From: a virus
Taxonomy: Duplodnaviria; Caudoviricetes
Reading direction: 5' to 3' (one strand)
IMG/VR virus record: IMGVR_UViG_3300006046_000013
Coordinates: 1-39,878 of that record
Length of the DNA: 39,878 nucleotides
The notes under the pieces were generated by a model, which made no database searches, had not been told where the DNA came from, and was given only the letters and a program-made list of their open reading frames with translations. Shown here piece by piece: positions 23,654 through 33,638 of this stretch. Position 1 is the first letter of the stretch. Each line of letters begins with the position of its first letter. The translations under genes and the position numbers were made by a program.

Positions 23654-26600
23654 GGCAGCAGTTGCCTTTCTCGCTTCCCGCCGAGCTCGACCGACACGGT
23701 GACGGCGACGGGTACGGCGTCATGGTCGACCGACCACGCCACGGTGAGGGCGCCGCTGTAGGCGGTCGACAAGTAGAGCGTGAGCGTGGTGGTAGTCGTG
23801 TCGATTTGCGCCACCATCGGCCCGCCGACGGTGGTGCCCACCACGGTGGCGTGGGCGACGCGGGTGGCTCCCATCGTTACGGGCACGGTGATCGAGCCGA
23901 CTCCGGCCGAGAACGTCACGGTGGCCACGCCCACTTGGCGTTGGTACTGCGTGACGGTCGGGTCGGCGCCGCTGGACGAGGCGAGCACCTCGAGTTGGCC
24001 GACCGGCGTCCACGGCGTTTCTTCGATGAACGTGTGCGGCGGCCCGTTCACTCGGATGACGTCCGGCGTCACCTCGACCTCGGTGGCGTGGGTCTGGTCG
24101 TCGTTCACGGCCCGCACGGCGGCGTATGGCACCGTCGGGCTGGTCGCCTCGGGGGCGCCGAAGTGGGCCACGAAGCCCGACTCGGTGTGGCCGGTGCCAA
24201 GCGCGCGAAGCTCGGCGGCGACCTCGTAGCCCGACGAGCGCATGCCGAAGACACCGAGCATGGAATCGCCCGGGTAGTGCGGGTCGTCGGCGGCCATGTC
24301 CTGGTAAACGCGCCCGGCGATCTCGTTGCACGTAAGGGCGAGGTTGGCCCCCGTGCCGTTGGGGGCCGTGCCGTCATAGGGGTCGTTGGACAGCGTGAAC
24401 GAATCGAGCTCTAGCCAGCCCTGCGGAAACGGGTATTGCACGATGCGCGATGAATACGAATGCGTTGGGTTTTCGCGGTCGAGCCACTCGCCCTGGTTGC
24501 TCCATGCTTCGCTCGGACCTTGGAGGTAGAAGCGAACCTCGTCGGGCCATGTGCGGTTGAGCTCGACGCGCAGGTTGGGCACACCAGCGGTGCGGATGGG
24601 CCACGTCACATCGCCGGCGTTGGGACTCCATTGCAGCGAGCCGTCGTCGGACACGATGAGGCCGTGTCCGATGTTGGAGGGCACCGCCCAGTCGGGTAGT
24701 TCGGGCGGCGACTGGTAGGCCGGTTCGATGTGGCCGCCGGCGAAGGGAACCGAGCCGGCGGGAATCACCGTCGGGGTGGTCGAGCGCAGACCGGAGTCGG
24801 CCAGACGCACCATCGGCGCCGGGATGTCCTCGAGGTGCAGCGTCATTTCCAGCACGTCGGCGATGCGCCACTCGACGCCACGCAGCCATTCGGTGTCGAC
24901 GACGGTGGGACCGTCGCGCACCTCGACGGTGCAGCGGTCGCCGAGCCAGACGCCGTGCCACAGTGCCCACGACCACGCCGGATTTCCGACCTCGGGCGTG
25001 GTGGCCAGGTTGGTGAGGGTGTAGCGCCGAGTCTTGGAGCGGCGTACGACCCAGGTGGCCCAGTCCTCCACGTCGGTCTGGTAGCGCAGCATGAGGTCGG
25101 TCACCGAGTACTCGTGGACCTCGGCCTCGTCCGACAGGCTCGGGTCGTCGATGATGACCTCGGGACCGTTGCCCTGGCCCCGTTCCACCACGAGCGTGAC
25201 GTTGTCGGCCAGGTGCCCGGGCGTGAGCACGGGCGCCATGGCCTTGCCCCGGAGCAGAACCTCCATGAGCGAGTCGTTGTCGATCGCCTCGACGACCACT
25301 TTGGTGCCGCTCGACGTCGCTTGGAGGTCGGTCGACGGGTCGTTGGTGATGGTCTGCTGGCCAACCTTGGTCCAGTCGGCAGCCAACGCCGGGAAGCGGA
25401 CCCACGTCTCCACCGAGAGCTTGTCGACGTTGGGTTGGAGTTGCAGCTTGAAGCCGTAGCTTTCGCCCGGCTGGACGTGCCATTGCGTGTAGGCGATCTG
25501 GCGGTGCAGGTCGTCGAAGGCCCGGCCCGACCATGGCGGTTGGGGCAGGTAGTTGGTGCGCTTGGTGATGCCCTTGGTCGCCTTAACGTCGGAATAGAAG
25601 TTGTTGTCGTCGGAGACCTCGTCGATGGCGGTAGCTTCGATGTGGTCACAGTCGACGAACCACTCGAGCCCGACGGTGGTGATCGTGTCGAAGGGCTGGT
25701 ATGTGAAGTAGTCGCCGAAACCGTCGTGGTCGACGGGGTCCACGGCGGGCTGCCACCAGAAGTAGGCGAGGTCGCTAGAGGCGACCTTGTTGACGAGGTC
25801 GAGCACCTTGCCGCCCGGTGATTGCATCATGCGATGCGAGGCCGTCGCTTCGACCACCGTCGAGTAGCCGGTGCCGGCCGGTGAGTGCACGAAGCCGACC
25901 AGGGTCGAGACGCGATAGTTGCCGGGGGCGCCGTCGCGCAGGCCCCGAGGCCAGTCGGCGTCGCTGGTGGCGGTGTCGTTGTAGTCGGGCACCTCTTGGT
26001 CGACGAGGCGCACCAGCCCGTCGCCACACGTCCAGTTGGTCACCAGCGAGTCGGCCATCGGGTCGCGCTCTTGGCTCATGAGCCAGCCCGAAAAGATGCA
26101 GTCGATGCCGTCGGCGTGGACGGTGCGTGGATAGCCGCCGTAGAACTCGGGCGGGGTCGAGCCGTAGGCGCCGGGGAAGCCGTAGCGGGTGGCGTCGTCG
26201 GTGGGCGGGTGGTCGGGATCGGAGACGTAGCCGACCCACACCCGTACCGGCTTCCATCGTTGGTAGAGCGGCAGGCCCGTCGGTGGGATGGGGCCGTAGC
26301 GGCCGTCGACGTCGCGCAGGGTGATCTGCGCTTGGCCCGCTTCAGCGGTGGGGACCAGCGTCGTGCCCGAGGTGTCGCCGGTCCTGATACTGCACTCGAT
26401 GACGTCACAGGTGAGGTCGCGCCAGGTGCCGTCGATGAGCGTTTCGGCCCGCAGCACGGCGCCGTCGTCACGACGGTGGTAGAGCCGGCCCGAGCCAGCC
26501 GGGTACTCGATGAGGTGCTCGTCGACGGGCGCCACGATGCTCGTGGCCACCGCGCTGGCGTCGAAGGTGAGCGACGTCGCCCCCGACGCCGGGTAGATGC

Positions 26601-27558
26601 CCGTGGCGATCGCGCTGGCGTCGAAGATGAGCGCCGTCGTACCCGACGCCGGATAGACAACTGTGGCCACCGCGTCGGCGTCGAAGATGAGCGACGTTGC
26701 CCCCGACGCGGCAATGATGCCGGCCGGTGTGGCGCTGGCGTCGAACGTGACCGACGTGGTGCCCGACGTCGGATAGACGACCGTGGCGGTGGCCGAGGCG
26801 CCGAAGGTGATCGACGTCGCCCCCGACGTCGGATAGGCAACCGTGGCGGTGGCGATAGCACCGAAGGCGATCGACGTCGCCCCCGACGCCGGGTAGGCAA
26901 CCGTGGCGGTGGCCGAGGCGCCGAAGGTGATCGACGTCGTACCCGCTGCCGCGACCACGGTTACAACGGCTACATCCCCCAGGAATGAGCACGTGTCGCC
27001 CGATTGGAGAATGAGGTCGTCCCATATGGACGACGACGCGCCAGACACAAACGCTAGGTCGATCGTGTCGAAGACGGTTTTGGTGCCGGCGTTCTTGGTG
27101 TCGATGTTGGTGCCCGACGCCACGACGGTGCCGTTCACGCGCACGGTGGCGAAGCCGGTCGTGTCGTGCAACTTGACCTGCAGCTCGACGTAGTACCAAG
27201 ACCCGGCGGCGATGACGCCGTTCGCACTGCTGACTCCGATACCGAGCACGCTCCGCAGCACCGACAGCGCGCCCAGGTTCGAGAGGCGTAGCCGTATGTG
27301 GTCGGTGGCTCCGGAATCGGAGCGTAGAAACACAAGGTCGCTGACGAACGGTCCCCCGGTGAACTTCAGCGCGAAGCCCAGCGTCACTGTGTCGGTCTGC
27401 AAACCGCTCGGAATGGCGTAGCGGATATTCGCACCCGTCGGTGCCATCTCCACGCCGGTACCGGTGCGACCGGTGACGATCGACGGTGTCGTGCCCGCGA
27501 CCGTCGACCAACTGGTCAGATTGTTGAACGGCTCGCGGAGAACTTCCGAACAGGTCAC
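23650..27558 (-). CDS. large mosaic minor tail protein (lectin-like N-terminus, 20-aa repeats, baseplate-type core)
   Basis: 1302 aa, downstream of the tape measure; WYYVELQV.L...G...VRVNG lectin-like segment; W.DLTCDV...IRTG core start. Confidence 0.75.
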   Translation of the reverse strand: MTCSEVLREPFNNLTSWSTVAGTTPSIVTGRTGTGVEMAPTGANIRYAIPSGLQTDTVTLGFALKFTGGPFVSDLVFLRSDSGATDHIRLRLSNLGALSVLRSVLGIGVSSANGVIAAGSWYYVELQVKLHDTTGFATVRVNGTVVASGTNIDTKNAGTKTVFDTIDLAFVSGASSSIWDDLILQSGDTCSFLGDVAVVTVVAAAGTTSITFGASATATVAYPASGATSIAFGAIATATVAYPTSGATSITFGASATATVVYPTSGTTSVTFDASATPAGIIAASGATSLIFDADAVATVVYPASGTTALIFDASAIATGIYPASGATSLTFDASAVATSIVAPVDEHLIEYPAGSGRLYHRRDDGAVLRAETLIDGTWRDLTCDVIECSIRTGDTSGTTLVPTAEAGQAQITLRDVDGRYGPIPPTGLPLYQRWKPVRVWVGYVSDPDHPPTDDATRYGFPGAYGSTPPEFYGGYPRTVHADGIDCIFSGWLMSQERDPMADSLVTNWTCGDGLVRLVDQEVPDYNDTATSDADWPRGLRDGAPGNYRVSTLVGFVHSPAGTGYSTVVEATASHRMMQSPGGKVLDLVNKVASSDLAYFWWQPAVDPVDHDGFGDYFTYQPFDTITTVGLEWFVDCDHIEATAIDEVSDDNNFYSDVKATKGITKRTNYLPQPPWSGRAFDDLHRQIAYTQWHVQPGESYGFKLQLQPNVDKLSVETWVRFPALAADWTKVGQQTITNDPSTDLQATSSGTKVVVEAIDNDSLMEVLLRGKAMAPVLTPGHLADNVTLVVERGQGNGPEVIIDDPSLSDEAEVHEYSVTDLMLRYQTDVEDWATWVVRRSKTRRYTLTNLATTPEVGNPAWSWALWHGVWLGDRCTVEVRDGPTVVDTEWLRGVEWRIADVLEMTLHLEDIPAPMVRLADSGLRSTTPTVIPAGSVPFAGGHIEPAYQSPPELPDWAVPSNIGHGLIVSDDGSLQWSPNAGDVTWPIRTAGVPNLRVELNRTWPDEVRFYLQGPSEAWSNQGEWLDRENPTHSYSSRIVQYPFPQGWLELDSFTLSNDPYDGTAPNGTGANLALTCNEIAGRVYQDMAADDPHYPGDSMLGVFGMRSSGYEVAAELRALGTGHTESGFVAHFGAPEATSPTVPYAAVRAVNDDQTHATEVEVTPDVIRVNGPPHTFIEETPWTPVGQLEVLASSSGADPTVTQYQRQVGVATVTFSAGVGSITVPVTMGATRVAHATVVGTTVGGPMVAQIDTTTTTLTLYLSTAYSGALTVAWSVDHDAVPVAVTVSVELGGKRERQLLP
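26533..26952. repeat. seven tandem 60-bp coding repeats
   Basis: Units such as PASGATSITFGASATATVVY; repeats stay in register from line to line. Confidence 0.9.
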
Positions 27559-27579
27559 GACGCGCGAACCATGCCCCGC

Positions 27580-27966
27580 CTAATCGGCCGTGACCGTGAC
27601 TGCGCCCGCAGCGAACGCGACCGTGGCGCCGGCCGTAACAGTCTGTGATGCGGCGAGCGCTCCGGTGAACAGTGAGTTACCGGCCGACACAGCGTCACGG
27701 ATCGAGAAGTGCGTGATGGTCACGGCGGGCATGCCGGCGAAGTTGACTGCGCCGCTTGACGCCGCGGTCGCCGGTGTGGTGCCCGACGAGGCGGCGAAAG
27801 CGATTGTCTGGCGGGCGTAGCTGCCGCCGGCGACCTCGCTGGCGGTGCCGGTGTCGCCGGGGTCGGCAGTGTGCAACGCCAGATACAGTGCCGCCGGCTG
27901 GCTAAAGGCGGTGTTGCGGAGTGCGTGGTCGAGCACCTTGGCTTCGAGGTAGTCGGTGGCGGACAT
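27580..27966 (-). CDS. small tail/virion structural protein
   Basis: YLE..VLDH......YLALHTADPGD.G...EV.GGSYARQ.I.F pattern. Confidence 0.75.
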   Translation of the reverse strand: MSATDYLEAKVLDHALRNTAFSQPAALYLALHTADPGDTGTASEVAGGSYARQTIAFAASSGTTPATAASSGAVNFAGMPAVTITHFSIRDAVSAGNSLFTGALAASQTVTAGATVAFAAGAVTVTAD

Positions 27967-27969
27967 GGG

Positions 27970-30900
27970 TTAGCTCCTCACTCCGGCGAGACGGTTGAGT
28001 TGGTGGTTACCCTTGCGCACGGCCTTTTGGAGGGCGAAGCGGTCGGTGCCGAAGCCGGCATTGATGGTCTGGCGATGGTTGACGACGGTGGTGGGCCCGG
28101 TGGGGCCGGCGGGGAAGAAGTCGCGCAGGCGGTCGAGGGGTAGGACGACCTCGGCCTTGGAGTGCTCGCCAAGGAGGGCGAGCATGGGATTGGTGACGAT
28201 GCCGCCGGTTGCCATCGGGAACAACGGCAGGCTCGGGAGCGAGATGGTGTTACCGCCGATGGTGCCGTCGAAGGGGATGTCGATGGCAGGCAGGGTGATT
28301 GAGTTGTGGTCGTTCCAGAATCCCGCGACCGCGTTCCACACCTTCTTGATGGGCCCGATGACGTTGTCGTCGAACCATTTGGCGATGCCGCCGAAGGTGT
28401 CCTTGATCCATGACCACGCGTGATCGAAGGGAGCCTTGACCAAGTTCTCGAGAGTCGACCACGTGTTGGTAAACCAGTCGATGACGGGTTGGAACCAGCC
28501 GGTGACGGTGGAGAGCACGGTGGAGAAGGTCGAGGTGATGGTGTCCCACGCGCTCGTGAGCGGGCCCGTGAGGAGGCCGGTGATGGTCGACCACGTCGCG
28601 GTGATCCAGTCGAGGGCTCCTTGGAACAGGCCGGCGAAGAAGCCCGCCACGTCGCTGAGGAGCACCTTGAGGATGTCGAAGGCGACGGTAAACGGGTTGG
28701 TGATGAAGTCGACAAGGTTGGCCCACGAGCCGGTGAAGAAGTCGACGACGGCCGAGAAGGCGCCCGAGATGAAGTCGACGAAGCCGGCAAGGTCGGTTTG
28801 CACGGCGTCGAAGGCACCGCGGAAGGGGGCGGTGATGATGTCGACAAGGTTGCCCAGCACGGCGCCGATGATCCCGATGGCGCCGAGGAAGATGTTGGCG
28901 ATGGCCTCCCACGCGCCCGAGACGATGTTTTTGACGCCATCCCACATGCGCGACCAGTCGCCGGTGAACAGGCCGGCGATGATGTCAAAGACTCCTTGGA
29001 TGACGCGGAGCACGCCCTCGAGGATGGCGCGCAGGGGGCCGATGACGGCCTTGACGACGTCGAGCACGAGATGCCACGTGGCGGTCCATATGGGCGTGAT
29101 GAACTGCACAAAAGCCTTGACGGCGGTGGCGATGAGACCGAAGGCGAGCGTGAAGGCCCGGCCGAGGAACTCGAGCACGGGAATGGCCTCGCGGCCGAGT
29201 ATCTGCACAAAGCGAATGAAGCCGGCGATGATCGGCTCGAGGATGGGAGCGAGAAAGTTGAAGACGGCGATGAGGGCATTGACGGCACGCTCGGCGGCGT
29301 CGCGCAGAATGTCGAAGATGGCGACGAAGGTGTCGCGGAGGTCGATGAGGATGCCGGTGACCTCGTCGCCGTACTGAGACCACAAGCCGCGCAGGAAGTC
29401 GATGACAGGGGCGGCGACAGTGGCTACGGCATCCATGGCCACGCCCACGGCCGAGCTCACGGCGTCGAAGGCGGTCGAGATGGCGCCGGTGATGCCGGCG
29501 AAGATGCCGGGCACGGCCTCGACCACGGTACGCACCACGTCGATGACGGTGCCGATGACGTCGCGGACGGTGGAGAAGGCGGCCTCGAGGGCCGGGCCCA
29601 CGGCCTCCCACACGCGCACGAAGAAGCCGGCGGTGGCCTCGGCCCCGGTTTGGATGTCCTGCCACACGGTGTCAATGAAGTCGTGGAAGCCCTTGAAGCG
29701 TTGGTAAGCCAAGTAGACGCCCACGCCGAGGGCGATGATGGCGGCGACAACGAGGCCGATGACGATGACGGTCGTGCCCCCGAGGGCGGCGACGAGGAGG
29801 CCGATGCCCTTGCCAAGGAAGCCGAGGATGGAGCCGAGGGAGGCGAGGGCCTGGGCGGCGCCGACGATGAGGAGGAACGACGCGGCGAAAGCGGCGAGGG
29901 CATCGGCCGCTACTTGCACGCCGGCCGAGTGTTGATCGGCCCAGGCGGCGAGGGTGTCGAGCACGGGTTGCGCGTCGGTGGCGAAGGCCTTGATGGCGAC
30001 GGTGGCGTCGGAGAAGGCTTTACCGAGCCGGCCGAGTATTTCGCCGACCGAAGTGACAATGCCCTCGAGGCTCGAGGTGTCGAGCGTGATTTTGCCGGCG
30101 AAGCCGGCCTTGAGGGCGGCGAGAAAGTTGATACCGAACGTTTTGGCCCGCTCGACGACACCCGAGAAGAAGGAGCCCACGTTTTGGGCGAAGGTTTGGA
30201 GGGCGGGAAAGACGTTGTTGATGAGGGCGTCGGTGATGGCCGCGAAGGCGGGAAGGAGGAGGGTGCCGATGCCCTCCTTGAGGTTGTTGAAGGCAACGGC
30301 GAGCTTCTCGGAGCTGGTGGCGCCGGCCTCGGCGGCCCCACCAAACTCGTGCTCGACCTCGGCGAGGATGAGCTTTTGGGCCTCGAGGGCCTTGCCGCTC
30401 TCGACGAGCACCTTGATTTGCTTTTGCTGGTCGGCGGTGAAGATGACGCCGACACGCCGGAGGGCGGTGACGCCCTTGACGGGGTCGGCGAGGGCCTTGC
30501 CGAGTTGGATGTTGGACTTGGTGAGGTCTTGGCCCAACACCTTGGACATGTCGAGGGCGACCTTGGTGGCCCGGTTGAAGATGTCGTTACCCTTGCCGGT
30601 CTCGTTGCGGACGTTGCGGAACGTGAGAAGGACGTTTTCGCCCTGCTGGATGAGCTCGTCGTCGATGCCGGTGAGGTTGGAGAGTTGAGTGGCATAGGCG
30701 TTGACCTGTTTGGCGCTCGTGAACGAGGCGGCGCCGGTGGTCTCGATGAGTTGGGCGGTGATTTTGCCGATAGAAGCCGACTGCTCGGCCTGTTTGATGG
30801 AATCGGTGAGAAAGCCGACGCTCGAGCGGGCGAGGCCGGCGAGGGCGGTGATGCCGGCGGTGACACCGGCCGAGACGAGGCCTCCGACCACGCCGGCGTG

Positions 30901-30996
30901 CTTGGCGAAGCGGTCGAGGTCGGAGCTGGCCGAGGCCGTGGCCCGGTTGAGGTCGGAGGCGTCGCCGAGGAAGGCGACCTTGATCTCGCGCGCCAT
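27970..30996 (-). CDS. tape measure protein
   Basis: 1008 aa, Ala/Gly-rich; QLGKALADPVKGVTALRRVG; periodic W/F repeats, TGDWSRMW; C-terminal MATGGIV...GE...EVVLPL. Confidence 0.92.
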   Translation of the reverse strand: MAREIKVAFLGDASDLNRATASASSDLDRFAKHAGVVGGLVSAGVTAGITALAGLARSSVGFLTDSIKQAEQSASIGKITAQLIETTGAASFTSAKQVNAYATQLSNLTGIDDELIQQGENVLLTFRNVRNETGKGNDIFNRATKVALDMSKVLGQDLTKSNIQLGKALADPVKGVTALRRVGVIFTADQQKQIKVLVESGKALEAQKLILAEVEHEFGGAAEAGATSSEKLAVAFNNLKEGIGTLLLPAFAAITDALINNVFPALQTFAQNVGSFFSGVVERAKTFGINFLAALKAGFAGKITLDTSSLEGIVTSVGEILGRLGKAFSDATVAIKAFATDAQPVLDTLAAWADQHSAGVQVAADALAAFAASFLLIVGAAQALASLGSILGFLGKGIGLLVAALGGTTVIVIGLVVAAIIALGVGVYLAYQRFKGFHDFIDTVWQDIQTGAEATAGFFVRVWEAVGPALEAAFSTVRDVIGTVIDVVRTVVEAVPGIFAGITGAISTAFDAVSSAVGVAMDAVATVAAPVIDFLRGLWSQYGDEVTGILIDLRDTFVAIFDILRDAAERAVNALIAVFNFLAPILEPIIAGFIRFVQILGREAIPVLEFLGRAFTLAFGLIATAVKAFVQFITPIWTATWHLVLDVVKAVIGPLRAILEGVLRVIQGVFDIIAGLFTGDWSRMWDGVKNIVSGAWEAIANIFLGAIGIIGAVLGNLVDIITAPFRGAFDAVQTDLAGFVDFISGAFSAVVDFFTGSWANLVDFITNPFTVAFDILKVLLSDVAGFFAGLFQGALDWITATWSTITGLLTGPLTSAWDTITSTFSTVLSTVTGWFQPVIDWFTNTWSTLENLVKAPFDHAWSWIKDTFGGIAKWFDDNVIGPIKKVWNAVAGFWNDHNSITLPAIDIPFDGTIGGNTISLPSLPLFPMATGGIVTNPMLALLGEHSKAEVVLPLDRLRDFFPAGPTGPTTVVNHRQTINAGFGTDRFALQKAVRKGNHQLNRLAGVRS

Positions 30997-31433
30997 TAGG
31001 GCCCGGCCTTGTCGAACTCGCGGGCGATGTCGTCAACGGCCTTGGTCCACGTGGCGATGATGTAGCCCGAGTCGCGCTGAATGGTGGCGTAGATGTAGTA
31101 GTCGGGCCGTTTCTTGGGCGGGAACTGCTTGTAACGGCCGACGGTGCCGAAGTTGGCGCCGATGAGTTGGCCGAGCGAGGCCCCACCGGAGAGGCCCGAG
31201 CTCGAGTTGCCCCCGAAGCCGATGGTGGGCACACGGTCGTTCTTGGGCTTGAGGCCGTCGATGAGGGGGCGGGCCTGGGCCGTCACCGCGCCACCGCCGG
31301 CGTCATCGGCGACGTGTCGGGCGATCTCGTAGGACTGCACACGGATGGCCTTGGAGGCCTCGGCGGGCATGGCCCGGAAGGCGCGCAAGGTCTCGTTGAG
31401 GCCCGTGACTTGCACTCCTACTCGCTTGGCCAT
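30996..31433 (-). CDS. tail morphogenesis protein (HK97 gp10-like)
   Basis: V.VTGL.E.LRA.....NFGT...QFP pattern; between chaperone and tape measure. Confidence 0.55.
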   Translation of the reverse strand: MAKRVGVQVTGLNETLRAFRAMPAEASKAIRVQSYEIARHVADDAGGGAVTAQARPLIDGLKPKNDRVPTIGFGGNSSSGLSGGASLGQLIGANFGTVGRYKQFPPKKRPDYYIYATIQRDSGYIIATWTKAVDDIAREFDKAGP

Positions 31434-31439
31434 CGGCGC

Positions 31440-31604
31440 TCACTTGGCGGTGTGCATTTTGATAGCGATATCGGTCATGGTGGCGAGGTCGGTGGGGTCT
31501 TCCTGCCACAGCACCGAGGGTGCAATGCCGGTCACAACCGAGAGCCAGGCGACCCACCAACCGACGTGGCTCTCGCCGTAGGGCGGGTGACGGCGGCACC
31601 CTTT
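31440..31604 (-). CDS. -1 frame extension of the tail assembly chaperone
   Basis: No start of its own; GWWVAWLSVVTGIAPSVLWQED...; entered at A-AAG-GGT (31598-31604). Confidence 0.6.
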   Translation of the reverse strand, partial: KGCRRHPPYGESHVGWWVAWLSVVTGIAPSVLWQEDPTDLATMTDIAIKMHTAK

Positions 31605-31939
31605 CCGTTGGCAATCTCCTCGAGCGGAGCCATGGCGATGAGCTCGCGCTCGGCGAAGGTGTCGAAGTCGGAGGTGGTGAGCTCGAGCCGCTCGCACGCG
31701 TGCCACGTGAGCCACGTGAGGGTGGTGAGAGCCTCGAGACCGACCTTGGCGAGCTCGGCGTCGGAGGTGGGCACGTTGCCGTTGATGGTGGTCTCGAAGA
31801 TGGCCATGGCGGCCTCGGCGGTCTCGTAACCGCACTCCCGGTAGCCCCGGCGTCGAAGGGCGAACAGGTCGCGTTGATCGGTCGACACCTCGACGGGCTC
31901 GGCCCGGCCCTCGAGCGTGAGGAGGTAGCGGCCGATCAT
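31532..31939 (-). CDS. tail assembly chaperone
   Basis: Follows the major tail gene; slippery heptamer near the 3' end. Confidence 0.7.
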   Translation of the reverse strand: MIGRYLLTLEGRAEPVEVSTDQRDLFALRRRGYRECGYETAEAAMAIFETTINGNVPTSDAELAKVGLEALTTLTWLTWHACERLELTTSDFDTFAERELIAMAPLEEIANGKGAAVTRPTARATSVGGSPGSRL

Positions 31940-32688
31940 GCCGACGAGCTCGGTGCGCTCGAGGTGCCAGCGCCGGCAGTCTCAGCGGCCAGGGCGTGCG
32001 CCCCGGCGGCCCACGCCGTGCCGGTCCAGTTGGCGTGGGTGTTGTCGCCCAGCACCACGTACTGGCCCGTGGTCCACGCCGTGGCCGGCGAGGCGACAAC
32101 GACGGTGGGCGTGCCGGCGATCATGTCGGCGAGGTTGGCGGGCGGGTCGGAGCCGGCCGGCGTGAAGTGGCCTGGGATGCCGGCGACGGCGCCGGTGGCG
32201 GGGCCTCCGACGACGACGTGCGAGGCGGCGTCGCCGAAGGCGATGACAGGCTTGCCCTTGCACGGCAACGTGACGGCGAAGGTGAGCGGGGTGCGGGGGT
32301 CGCCCCCGATGGAGCCGGCGACGGCGGTGCACTGGCCGGTGGCCTTGGGCGGGTCGGTGCCGTTGAAGCCGAGGAAGAACCACACGACCTCGGTGTCGTG
32401 CTCGTAGAGAAACTCGTTGATGCCGTTGGCGATGTGGGGGTCTTGGAGGAAGGTGACGGCGAGGTCGTAGCTCGTTACGCCGGGCACGGTCTCGGTGGCC
32501 TCGGGTTCGCACCATGTCGCCGGGGTGGTCTTGGTGGTGGTGTTGCTGTTCCCGGTGAGCTGGCCCGTGGTGACCTGGCACGAATAGGCGACGAAGTCGG
32601 CGATGTCGAGCGTGAGGATGTCGGCGCCGGGGTCGGTGAGGGAGAAGCCGAGGAGGCCTTGCTCAATCTCGAAGACATTGCGTGACAC
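31936..32688 (-). CDS. major tail protein
   Basis: YSCQVT...TWC...FLQD...F..G.....AGSIGGD; C-terminal accessory domain; GGAGG RBS. Confidence 0.75.
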   Translation of the reverse strand: MSRNVFEIEQGLLGFSLTDPGADILTLDIADFVAYSCQVTTGQLTGNSNTTTKTTPATWCEPEATETVPGVTSYDLAVTFLQDPHIANGINEFLYEHDTEVVWFFLGFNGTDPPKATGQCTAVAGSIGGDPRTPLTFAVTLPCKGKPVIAFGDAASHVVVGGPATGAVAGIPGHFTPAGSDPPANLADMIAGTPTVVVASPATAWTTGQYVVLGDNTHANWTGTAWAAGAHALAAETAGAGTSSAPSSSA

Positions 32689-32700
32689 GGGGGAGCCTCC

Positions 32701-33102
32701 TTAACAGGCCGGGTTGAGAGTGCCGACGAGGGTGATGGCGTAACAGGGGAACTCGGTACCGCCGATGGTGACGGTGGTGGGGTTGCACTCGTCGACACGC
32801 ATGGCCGGCACCATGACGCTCTCGAGGCGGATGCTGCGGACGACGTTGCCGAAGCGGCCGACAACCAAGTCGGCGACCGAGTCAAGCTCGGCGGCATGCT
32901 CGTCGGAGGTGAGCCGGCTACCGACCACGAGCACGTGCACGCTTCCCTCGACCACGCCATGGGTGTCGGGGTGCGGGAGAAGTTGGACGCGCGGCACGCA
33001 TATGGCCGGGAGCGCGCCGATGTCGTCGGGAAGGAACTGGTGCACGGGCCACGGCGCGCCCTCGAGGTGATGGGCCACCACGACGCGCATTTCGGCGAGC
33101 AC
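32701..33102 (-). CDS. tail terminator / head-tail joining protein
   Basis: Position and size; ends GGTEFPCYAITL. Confidence 0.55.
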   Translation of the reverse strand: MLAEMRVVVAHHLEGAPWPVHQFLPDDIGALPAICVPRVQLLPHPDTHGVVEGSVHVLVVGSRLTSDEHAAELDSVADLVVGRFGNVVRSIRLESVMVPAMRVDECNPTTVTIGGTEFPCYAITLVGTLNPAC

Positions 33103-33105
33103 GGG

Positions 33106-33420
33106 TTAGCCGATGCCCATGGTGAGGCCGTCGCGCTTGCGGGTGAGGAGGCCCCGGATGTCGGGGTCGGTGGAGGCGATGCGGGCGACGGTGCCGTCGG
33201 CCGAGAAGCCGGCGATGCCGTCGGGAGTCTGGCGGCGCTTGTAGAGCCTCGAGGCCAACAAAAGCACGGCGAGTTGCACCTCGGGGTCGGTGTACGCGCC
33301 CGGCATGACGCGGTCGTAAACCCATGCCGTAGCGGTCTCGAGGTCGAAGGCCAAAATGGCGTCATCGCCGGTTTGGCGGGCGCCGATCATGAGCTTCAGC
33401 GAGTCGAGGTCGGCGATCAT
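33106..33420 (-). CDS. head-tail adaptor (HK97 gp6-like)
   Basis: AVLLLASRLYKRRQTPDGIAG...DPDI..LL; ATG at 33420. Confidence 0.8.
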   Translation of the reverse strand: MIADLDSLKLMIGARQTGDDAILAFDLETATAWVYDRVMPGAYTDPEVQLAVLLLASRLYKRRQTPDGIAGFSADGTVARIASTDPDIRGLLTRKRDGLTMGIG

Positions 33421-33638
33421 GGCGGCGGCTCGAGGTCGGTGTCGGCGCTCGGGCTCGAGCTCACCCTCGAGCTCGAGCCGTTGCGCCGGCGGGAGGGCGA
33501 GCTCGAACTCGTGACGAGCTCGAGCTCTTGCCCCACGGTGCTCGTGCCGCCCTCGGCGACGTTCACGAGGAGGGCCGACTGGTCGAAGTACCACCAGGCC
33601 ATCCAAAAGCGCTCGTCGACGGGGCGGGTGGTGGTCAC
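33417..33638 (-). CDS. small hypothetical protein after the capsid gene
   Basis: GTGA/ATGA coupling at both ends. Confidence 0.5.
   Translation of the reverse strand: MTTTRPVDERFWMAWWYFDQSALLVNVAEGGTSTVGQELELVTSSSSPSRRRNGSSSRVSSSPSADTDLEPPP

Noticed and set aside
26533-26952. Diversity-generating retroelement or shufflon repeats
   Set aside because: Tandem in-frame coding repeats; no reverse transcriptase, no adenine-specific TR/VR pair and no inverted crossover sites seen
28420-30999. Long plus-strand ORFs (also 13306-14490, 33647-35089, 36104-37306)
   Set aside because: Antisense shadows of well-supported minus-strand genes, expected from high-GC codon bias
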